Shown piece by piece: positions 8,825 to 16,014 of a stretch of 64,000 bases of DNA. Source of the stretch: Thermodesulfobacteriota bacterium (GTDB lineage: Bacteria > Desulfobacterota_D > UBA1144 > Nemesobacterales > CSP1-2); NCBI GenBank assembly GCA_036397855.1, contig DASWID010000030.1, positions 1,948 through 65,947 of the forward strand, read 5' to 3'. The translations under genes were made by a program, and so were the position numbers. Each line of letters starts with the position of its first letter. Position 1 is the stretch's first letter. A model generated the notes under the pieces. It saw only the letters and a list, made by a program, of their open reading frames with translations, made no database searches and was not told the origin of the DNA.

Positions 8825-8928
8825 AACCGTATAACAACCGAATCGAACTGGCAAAATTTTGCTCGTCACGTTGCTTGCTTACGCAAACGCCGCGCCGACC
8901 AGCTCGAAAAGTAAAGGTGTGAGGCCTT
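8821..8928 (+). CDS. Possible 35-aa Cys-containing peptide translationally coupled (ATGA) to the NYN-like gene
   Basis: ATG overlaps the stop of 8234-8824. Peptide MKPYNNRIELAKFCSSRCLLTQTPRRPARKVKV. Not in the ORF track because it is under 60 aa. Coordinates approximate. Confidence 0.2.
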
Positions 8929-8984
8929 GGCATGAGATTTAATTCCTTCGATAAGCTTACATAACTTCTTATCTCTTTTCGTCT

Positions 8985-9062
8985 CCTATTCTAGTCTGAA
9001 AAATAGAAAAGGGGCCACAAGCCTTTTTCGATTAAGAATGCGTTCCACGGGTAGCTTAGCCG
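8985..9062 (+). repeat. Degenerate remnant of the cassette-associated element (copy G); the promoter part is eroded
   Basis: 'ggggccacaagcctttttcgattaagaatgcgttccacgggtagcttagccgcttgagag' aligns with the 5' part of the element. Upstream, 'tctcctattctagtctgaaaaatag' is a decayed promoter part. Confidence 0.45.
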
Positions 9063-9340
9063 CTTGAGAAAAAAAGGTCGGGCTTTGTTTATTTGATTAT
9101 TTGTTAATCCAGCTCATTTGTAATATCTTTTATCTCTTTTTGCAGTCCATCATCTAACAACAGTTTCTGAGAAAATACGGACAGATACTCAATATTCCTA
9201 ATCCGCACTTCGACGAAGCTCAGTGTGAACGGTTTTTATATAAAAAAAGAAAAAGAAAATAGTGACAGCTGCCCCTTTTTCTTAACCAATGTTAGATATG
9301 AAGTGTGTTTTTTAAATTGTGATATATACTAATATATACT

Positions 9341-9805
9341 GTGTTCATTTATCGGGTGATTGAAGCACTTGAGAAAAGAAAAGTAGATTACGCTATTGCT
9401 GGTGGATATGCAGTAGCGCTCCATGGAGCAGTAAGAGGAACTGTTGATATTGACATTGTTTTACGATTTACGAAAAAGAATCTTCTTGCGGCAGAGGCTG
9501 CTCTTAGGGACGTAGGGTTGCAGTCACGTCTTCCGGTAAAAGGAGATGAGGTTTTTGATTTTCGGGAGGAATACATAAAAAATAGAAACCTTTTGGCATG
9601 GAATTTTATTAATATTTCTAATCCGACTGAATCTGTTGATATCATACTCACCGATGATTTGAGAAATTTGAAAACAAAAATAATACGCTCAGGTGAAAAG
9701 ACACTACGGGTAATTTCAATCGATGACCTAATTAAGATGAAAGCGAAGAGTAATAGAGGACAAGACTTAGAGGATATTAAAGCCTTAAGGAGTTTGAAGA
9801 AATGA
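9341..9805 (+). CDS. Minimal Pol-beta-superfamily nucleotidyltransferase (MNT-like)
   Basis: 154 aa, GTG start. 'IAGGYAVALHGAVRGTVDIDIVL' is the hG[GS]x9-13Dh[DE]h NTase motif. Confidence 0.6.
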   Translation: MFIYRVIEALEKRKVDYAIAGGYAVALHGAVRGTVDIDIVLRFTKKNLLAAEAALRDVGLQSRLPVKGDEVFDFREEYIKNRNLLAWNFINISNPTESVDIILTDDLRNLKTKIIRSGEKTLRVISIDDLIKMKAKSNRGQDLEDIKALRSLKK

Positions 9806-10047
9806 AATCAGTACAATTTTTTTCAAAAGAATATTTGGAAAGGTGTGCTTCAATGAAACCAGAACAGATCCTTCAATTTCTGGAAGATTTTAGAACCCTT
9901 CATTCTGAATCAAAAACACAAAAAACCCGTCTTATCAGCATCAAGATCCCCGAAGATTTACTTAATGCTTTCAAAGCCAAAGCAAAAGTTAATGGGATTC
10001 CATATCAAACCCAGATCAAAAGGCTGATGGCGGAATGGATGAGATAG
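9802..10047 (+). CDS. BrnA-like ribbon-helix-helix (CopG-family) antitoxin-type protein
   Basis: 81 aa, overlaps the upstream NTase gene by 4 nt. C-terminus 'RLISIKIPEDLLNAFKAKAKVNGIPYQTQIKRLMAEWM' matches the BrnA/RHH pattern (…RLD.D.L.WFKA…GYQTRIN..LR.Y…). Confidence 0.6.
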   Translation: MKSVQFFSKEYLERCASMKPEQILQFLEDFRTLHSESKTQKTRLISIKIPEDLLNAFKAKAKVNGIPYQTQIKRLMAEWMR

Positions 10048-10120
10048 TCATATAAGTTTCATTGTCAGCATTCATGAAAATAACAATGTCACAAACCAGT
10101 TATATGGTAATATTCAACTG

Positions 10121-10498
10121 ATGAACCAGGTAGTATTTCACATGATCGGCAATTTTTTCGATTCCGAATCAAGAAACCTGCCAACAGCAAAGATCAAAAA
10201 TCTTTCAGAATTAAAAAGATCTCTGCGCATAACTCGCCAATACAATGTTGTTTTATTAGATGACAACGATCACACCTATGAATATGTAATCGAAATGTTG
10301 GTAGAAATTTTTGGGCATAGCAAGGCCCGAGCTTTTGAGATGGCCTGCACAGTAGATCTAATGGGAAGGGTCGTGGTTTTTACATCGACAAAAAAGTCTG
10401 CAGAGGAGAAACGAATTCAAATCCTCTCTTATGGTCCTGATTGGAGGCTTTCCAGGAGTAATGGATCGATGAAAGCAATAATCGAACCCGCAGAATAA
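10121..10498 (+). CDS. clpS: ATP-dependent Clp protease adaptor ClpS
   Basis: 125 aa. 'YNVVLLDDNDHTYEYVIEMLVEIFGHSKARAFEMACTVDLMGRVVVFTSTKKSAEEKRIQIL' matches the ClpS core. Confidence 0.75.
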   Translation: MNQVVFHMIGNFFDSESRNLPTAKIKNLSELKRSLRITRQYNVVLLDDNDHTYEYVIEMLVEIFGHSKARAFEMACTVDLMGRVVVFTSTKKSAEEKRIQILSYGPDWRLSRSNGSMKAIIEPAE

Positions 10499-10519
10499 CA
10501 TATTTGAAAATACCAACCG

Positions 10520-10860
10520 ATACTTATGATTTTTTATCCGCACTTCGACTGGGCCCTTCGACTCAGGACAGGCTCAGTGTGAACGGGTTTTTTGTGCTGA
10601 TGGGAGCCTAAAGGCTTGCTCTACATGGTAATGATACTTTGCGTAGCGGAGGGCTTTAGGCCTCCATTCTTTACAAGTGATGCAGCGTGTGAATTTATCA
10701 GACCCAATAGCCCTTATGTTGTATCCATTGGAATATAAAGAATTCCGCTACAGGAATTCATTGTGTCACGAGCAACACTCGTGACCTACCCGATGGGGAA
10801 TAAATAACAAAATAATCGGGTTTTTTTCTACAGGAAACGAAAACTTAGATAGGACTGGCT
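10520..10860. repeat. Cluster of REP/BIME-like dispersed palindromic repeats in a convergent intergenic region
   Basis: Contains 'ccgcacttcgactgggcccttcgactcaggacaggctcagtgtgaacgg', 'gcctaaaggcttgc…gcggagggctttaggcctcc' and 'gtcacgagcaacactcgtgacctaccc'. All recur elsewhere (9196, 13800-13925, 14155, 15700-15960, 30990, 55085-55205). Confidence 0.6.
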
Positions 10861-10867
10861 ATTTCTT

Positions 10868-11821
10868 TTAGATAAGGTTCCCTTTTATTACTCTAAGGAA
10901 ATTGCCCCCCATGATTTTTCTTACCCTTTCTTCTGAGTAGCCTTTTTCTACGAAAAAGTATGCAATCTTTGATAGGTCGGCAACTGTGCGTATTTCGTTT
11001 GGGAACTGATCAATCCTTCCTCCGTCCAGATCGCTTCCAATTCCGACATGGGCTTCACCACAGAGATTTATCATGTAATCTGCATGAGTAAAAACATCTT
11101 CAAGTGTAGGTTTTTTATTCCCTGTCTTGAGAAAATCGTTATAAAGGACGAGACCGATCACACCGCCTCTTTTCGCGATTGCACGAAGTTGATCATCCTT
11201 CAGGTTCCTTGAATGATCTGTTATGGCTCTCGCATTTGAATGAGTGGCAATGGGAATTGTCTCGTAAATCTCTAATGCTTCCCAAAAACAACTTTCGTTG
11301 AGATGAGATAAATCGAGTGTAATCCTCAAATCGTTCATTCGTTTAATCAATTCCTTACCTTCATTGGTTAATCCCGAATCCGTATTTGTTCCTGATGCAT
11401 ATTGATTCTGGTCATTCCAGGTAAGACCTATGATGCGAACCCCTTTGTCATAGAATTCATTTAATTTTTCAGGCTCCTTGATTGGGTCTGCACCTTCCAT
11501 AAGCGTGAGAAAGCCAATTTTAGAGTTATACTCCAGTCTTAAAAGATCCTCAGCACTTTTAATCTGCATTATGCTATCTGAATGTTCATCGTATAATTTT
11601 TCATAGATTTCAAACTGTCTTATGGCTACTTTCCTTGTTTTGTTCGGTTTAATTTTGGGATGAACAAATATTGTGTTAAATAGAAGTCTTATATTCCCCT
11701 GTTTCAACCACGGTAGGGTAATCATGCAGGGGACGGAGGGATTTACGAAATCTCTCTTAAAGAAACTTAGGTGAAATGCTATATCTTCATGTGCATCTAC
11801 AATGAAAAGACTATCTAACAT
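10868..11821 (-). CDS. Membrane dipeptidase (peptidase M19 family)
   Basis: 317 aa. 'VDAHEDIAF…', 'GLTWNDQNQYASG', 'DLSHLNE', 'ATHSNARAI'. Confidence 0.7.
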   Translation of the reverse strand: MLDSLFIVDAHEDIAFHLSFFKRDFVNPSVPCMITLPWLKQGNIRLLFNTIFVHPKIKPNKTRKVAIRQFEIYEKLYDEHSDSIMQIKSAEDLLRLEYNSKIGFLTLMEGADPIKEPEKLNEFYDKGVRIIGLTWNDQNQYASGTNTDSGLTNEGKELIKRMNDLRITLDLSHLNESCFWEALEIYETIPIATHSNARAITDHSRNLKDDQLRAIAKRGGVIGLVLYNDFLKTGNKKPTLEDVFTHADYMINLCGEAHVGIGSDLDGGRIDQFPNEIRTVADLSKIAYFFVEKGYSEERVRKIMGGNFLRVIKGNLI

Positions 11822-12041
11822 ATTTTTTTCATAGCCACAAAGGCACTAAGTCACTAAGTTATTAAGAATTTAACATTAAAAAATAAATTTAATAATTTTG
11901 TATTCTTTGTGTCTTGGTGGCAAAATTACTATGCCACAAGGGCACTAAGACACTAAGTTTTTAAGGGATTGAAAATTAAAAAAATAAAATCAAACTTTTT
12001 TGTTTTTTTGTGCCTTGGTGTCTTAGTGGTTAGCCTCGATT
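11822..12041. repeat. Two ~105-bp tandem direct repeats, each with internal dyad symmetry around an AT-rich loop
   Basis: 'gccacaaaggcactaagtcactaagtt…gtgtcttggtggc' is followed by 'gccacaagggcactaagacactaagtt…gtgccttggtgtcttagtgg'. The region lies between the hyuB stop and the dipeptidase start. Confidence 0.6.
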
Positions 12042-13601
12042 TTACCTTTTTCCCCAGCCTCCACCCCCTGGAGTCTCTATTCTCAAATTATCTCCTTTTT
12101 TCACTTCCAGGGAAGCCTTAGCCGGTAAAATACGTGATTTACTATTTCTGATCAAGGTATTTCGTCCCTTTTTCCCTGGTTTTCCCCCATTGACTCCATA
12201 AGGTGCAAATATTCGCCTTTCTGTAATAATCGATACCGTGGCATCTGAGAGGAATTTGTATTCCCTGACAATGCCATCCCCCCCCTTGTATTTGCCGCTG
12301 CCGCCGCTACTCTTTCGAATAGAATACCCATCAATTCTGATCGGGAGTTCTCTCTCTAAGGCTTCAATAGGGGTGTTCAGCGTATTTGTCATATGGGTTT
12401 GTACCGCGCTTACCCCATCTTTTCCAAATCTACCCCCCATTCCGCCAGCAATAGTCTCATAATATGCAAATTCTTTTCCGGTAATTGGATTCTTACCCCC
12501 AAAAGTGAAATTGTTCATCGTACCGGAGCTGGCGGCTTGAATCTTTTTCGGAATTGCCTTACTCAGTGCTCCAAAAACGACGTCCACAATACGCTGTGAT
12601 GTCTCTACATTCCCAGCCGAAACTGCGGCAGGGAATTTTGCGTTGAGAATAGTTCCTTTTTCTGCAATTATTTCAATTATTCTCAGGGGACCCGAGTTCA
12701 AAGGCAAATCCTGAGGTGCCAGACATTGAAATACGTATAGAACCGCCGCGGTTGTAACACTTATTGGAACATTAAGGCTACCCTTTACCTGAGCTGAACT
12801 ACCGGTGAAATCGACATTTGCCCTTTCTGCATCGATTCTTACAGAGGTTTTTATTTTGATATCCTTTGTTCCTACTCCGTCGTTGTCCAAATGATCCTCA
12901 AATTTATACGCACCATCGGGTATATCCCTTATAACCTTTCTCATCATTCTTTCGCTGTAATTGAGGAGTTCGCTTCCAGCCTCCTTTACCCTTGGTAATT
13001 CATATTTATCCGCGACCTCTCTTATCCTCTTAATTCCTAATTTAAGAGCGCCTACCTGTGCTCTGAAATCTCCTTCCCTCTCTTCTGGATCCCTGGATGA
13101 ATAGATGATTTTCTCAAAAAGGGATCGGTTTAATCGACCTTTAACGGAGAGCTTGGATGGCGGTATGATGATACCCTCCTCATAAATTGAAGAGGAAAGA
13201 GGCATTGATCCCGGTGTGGATCCGCCAATATCAGCATGATGGGCTCGTGTGGCTATGAAGAATTCGGGTTTTCCGTCTATAAAAGCAGGTGCGATACATG
13301 TAACATCAGGTAGATGGGTTCCACCCCTGAATGGATCATTCAAAATACATATATCTCCTTCCTGTATATCTAATTCTTCCAATACCGATTTTACTGAAAA
13401 ACTCATGGATCCGAGATGAACCGGAATATGGGCAGCCTGTGCTATCATCTCTCCCTTTGATTCAAAGATTGCGCATGAGAGATCCCTTCTCTCCTTAATA
13501 TTAGGTGAAAAAGCTGCTCGAACAAGGATCATGCCCATCTCTTCGGCAATCGAGCTTAAAATGTTTCGGAATATCTCCAGCTCAAATGGACTTAATGGCA
13601 T
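12042..13601 (-). CDS. hyuB: Hydantoinase B / 5-oxoprolinase B-subunit family protein
   Basis: 519 aa. 'PFELEIFRNILSSIAEEMGMILVRAAFSPNIKERRDLSCAIF…' is the HyuB family signature. Confidence 0.8.
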   Translation of the reverse strand: MPLSPFELEIFRNILSSIAEEMGMILVRAAFSPNIKERRDLSCAIFESKGEMIAQAAHIPVHLGSMSFSVKSVLEELDIQEGDICILNDPFRGGTHLPDVTCIAPAFIDGKPEFFIATRAHHADIGGSTPGSMPLSSSIYEEGIIIPPSKLSVKGRLNRSLFEKIIYSSRDPEEREGDFRAQVGALKLGIKRIREVADKYELPRVKEAGSELLNYSERMMRKVIRDIPDGAYKFEDHLDNDGVGTKDIKIKTSVRIDAERANVDFTGSSAQVKGSLNVPISVTTAAVLYVFQCLAPQDLPLNSGPLRIIEIIAEKGTILNAKFPAAVSAGNVETSQRIVDVVFGALSKAIPKKIQAASSGTMNNFTFGGKNPITGKEFAYYETIAGGMGGRFGKDGVSAVQTHMTNTLNTPIEALERELPIRIDGYSIRKSSGGSGKYKGGDGIVREYKFLSDATVSIITERRIFAPYGVNGGKPGKKGRNTLIRNSKSRILPAKASLEVKKGDNLRIETPGGGGWGKR

Positions 13602-14370
13602 CTTAATTCGTATTAACTTGAAAAACGATATGAATTTTGTTCACCTGATTGATAGTAGATTCTTATCTTATAAAAACCTCAGGTTTTTGTCAAACCCTAT
13701 CGATAAAAGAGATTTCAATGCTTACGTCAGTGTTGCTCTTAGTGTATCATCCTGGATAATTAGCATTTTTGGATTGAAGCAGATAGTTCCCTGCAGCTCG
13801 CTTCAGGATTTCAGCGGTCATTGCGAGCACTTCGCTAAACTCAGTGTTAACTGTGCGAAGCAGTCTCTACTTTTTCTACTGTATTGGATTGTTTCGTCCC
13901 CTTCGACCTAGCTCAGGGTTTCTCGCGATTGTAGATGTTAGATATTTCGTGGACAAAATTTTTACAATTTCATGAATAGATTTATTTTTATTAATCCTTT
14001 TCAGAATGAAAAGGACTTGTACGGCATTCCAGAAATTGCGTTAAGAAAATCAAAAACGAAGACGTAGAAATCTCCCTAAATCCCTCTTTAAAAAAGAATT
14101 TCCTCCTTTTCTAAAGGAGGATTAAGGAGGATTATAGCAAATTTTTGGGTAGCCTGGTCCTGAGCGATGTCGAAGGGTTGCTTCTTTGTATCAAGACAAA
14201 GAAGTTAGAAATAAGAGTAAGCTAAATGAAGAAAATACTTTTAAAGATTCTGGCCTCGAAATATCTGGCATTTACAGCAATGACCTGATAGACTGAGTCT
14301 TTAGGTACTTATAGGCTGCAGCTTGAATCAGGGTTATTTATTGTATAAGGGGCAAATAGCATTGGAGGTA

Positions 14371-15330
14371 ATGAACATAGTGAAGTGTCTTGTAACAGGT
14401 GTAGCGGGTTTCATTGGATCTCATCTTGCTGAAAGGCTCCTGAGGGGAGGACATGAATTAGTTGGTATTGATTCATTTGTCGATAACTATCCAAAGCCTA
14501 TCAAAGAAAATAATATAAAGGGCTTACTGGCGAGTTCTAAGTTTAAATTTATCGAAGGAAGTATAGTCAACATAAATGTTAGCGAAATAGTCGAACAGGT
14601 TGATGTGGTCTATCATCAAGCTGCGATTCCAGGAGTACGATCAAGTTGGGGAAAGAATTTCGATCAATATACCTTGAACAATATAAACGTAACTCAAATC
14701 TTGCTTGAAGCATGCAAGGATAAAAGGATTAAGAAATTTATTTATGCCTCTTCCTCATCAGTCTATGGAGATGCTATGGAGCTTCCTGTAAAAGAATCAA
14801 GTCCCAAATCGCCGATTTCGCCTTATGGGGTTACTAAGCTTGCCGGAGAGAACTTGGCATCACTTTACTTTAAGTGTTATGGAGTTCCAACCGTTTCTCT
14901 GAGATACTTTACGGTTTATGGACCAAGGCAACGACCCGATATGGCTTGTCATAGATTCATATCTGCTATTCTTCATGAAAGAAAAATAGAAATCTTTGGT
15001 AATGGGGAGCAGACAAGGGATTTTACATACATAGATGATGTGGTTGAGGCGAATCTTCACGCCTTTCTCAATGGGAAAGAAGGAGGGACTTACAATATAG
15101 GAGGCGGAAGCAGAGTTAAGCTTATCGAATCTTTAAATATTATTGAAGAGATATCAGGGAAAAAGGCGGACTCAAAATTCATAGAGGCTCAAAGAGGAGA
15201 TGCAAAGCATACATTTGCGGATGTATCAAATGCGAAGAGGGATCTCGGGTATTCCCCCAGGGTTGATATTAAAGAGGGTTTAAAGAGACATTACGATTGG
15301 CTAAAGGAGAATTTGGATATTTATTTATGA
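14371..15330 (+). CDS. NAD-dependent epimerase/dehydratase family protein (nucleotide-sugar epimerase or decarboxylase-like)
   Basis: 'KCLVTGVAGFIGSHLAERLL' Rossmann motif and 'YASSSSVYG'. The ATG at 14371 has RBS 'ggaggtaatg'. The track ORF starts at 14323. Confidence 0.75.
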   Translation: MNIVKCLVTGVAGFIGSHLAERLLRGGHELVGIDSFVDNYPKPIKENNIKGLLASSKFKFIEGSIVNINVSEIVEQVDVVYHQAAIPGVRSSWGKNFDQYTLNNINVTQILLEACKDKRIKKFIYASSSSVYGDAMELPVKESSPKSPISPYGVTKLAGENLASLYFKCYGVPTVSLRYFTVYGPRQRPDMACHRFISAILHERKIEIFGNGEQTRDFTYIDDVVEANLHAFLNGKEGGTYNIGGGSRVKLIESLNIIEEISGKKADSKFIEAQRGDAKHTFADVSNAKRDLGYSPRVDIKEGLKRHYDWLKENLDIYL

Positions 15331-15471
15331 GTCTTGTACCAAACTTTTTGAACTTGTAAGCTTGAAAAAAGATAGATTAATTCAACAAAATTTGGCCACA
15401 GAGCAAATAAGAAACGCTATAAATTTTCTTGATGTACTCTGTGAACTCTGTGGCTAAGAGGGGAGGTTAGA

Positions 15472-15666
15472 ATGCCGATTGATAAAAAGTTATTGGAAAT
15501 TCTTGCATGTCCGAAGTGTAAAGGTGATTTAAAGCTCAAAGAAGATGAGTCGGGGTTTATTTGCGAGCAATGTAAACTTTTGTATCCCATCAAGGATGAC
15601 ATTCCCATAATGCTAATTGAGGAAGCAAAAAGCCTTGAGGAGGCTAGGGGAGAAAGTAGAGACTAA
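15472..15666 (+). CDS. Trm112 family protein (DUF343)
   Basis: 64 aa. 'LLEILACPKCKGDL…FICEQCKLLYPIKDDIPIML'. Confidence 0.7.
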   Translation: MPIDKKLLEILACPKCKGDLKLKEDESGFICEQCKLLYPIKDDIPIMLIEEAKSLEEARGESRD

Positions 15667-15669
15667 ATT

Positions 15670-16010
15670 GACCGGGGTTGCTCACCGGTCCGGCAGATGG
15701 TCACGGTGTCACGAGCAAGACTCGTGACCTACCCAAAGTAGATGGAGGCATAAAATAAAAACCGGGTAGCCCGCCAGTCCCTTCGACAAACTCAGGACAG
15801 GCTTGCTGGTGGGAGAATAATAGATGTAGCGGAGGGCTTTAGCCCTCCAAAAGTCTGTTTCTAAAAAATATAATAACCAACGAGGAAGACTCGTTGGCTC
15901 CCCCAAGCGCACCCTTCGACAAGGCTCAGCGCGAACGGCTTCTTGTGGTCTAATGGAAACCTAAAGGCTTCCTGTACAAATTGTTTAGGAATGCTATGGT
16001 ATTGCAATAA
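15670..16010. repeat. Second REP/BIME-like repeat cluster in a convergent intergenic region (Trm112 -> <- sucD)
   Basis: 'gtcacgagcaagactcgtgacctaccc', 'cccttcgacaaactcaggacaggc', 'gcggagggctttagccctcc', 'cccttcgacaaggctcagcgcgaacgg', 'cctaaaggcttcc'. Confidence 0.6.
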
Positions 16011-16014
16011 TCCA

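Noticed and set aside
739-9062. CRISPR array (regularly spaced direct repeats)
   Set aside because: The repeats are ~200 bp and degenerate, the 'spacers' are 0.3-1.6 kb protein-coding genes, and no cas genes are present. It is a gene-cassette array, not CRISPR.
739-9062. Canonical integron attC sites (RYYYAAC…GTTRRRY) within the repeated element
   Set aside because: I could not find a consistent inverse-core/core pair at homologous positions in all copies. 'GTTGAAG' fails the final Y. A 7-bp TAATCTA/TAGATTA inverted match is present only in copies A and F, which is plausible by chance in AT-rich DNA. An integron-like function remains a hypothesis but is not demonstrated from sequence.
12152-12599. 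Short ORFs on both strands inside hyuB
   Set aside because: They overlap a 519-aa conserved CDS and have no independent support.
13531-13911. 126-aa +strand ORF in the hyuB/epimerase divergent region
   Set aside because: It starts inside hyuB on the opposite strand, is low-complexity and AT-rich with no RBS, and spans dispersed repeat fragments. Likely non-coding.
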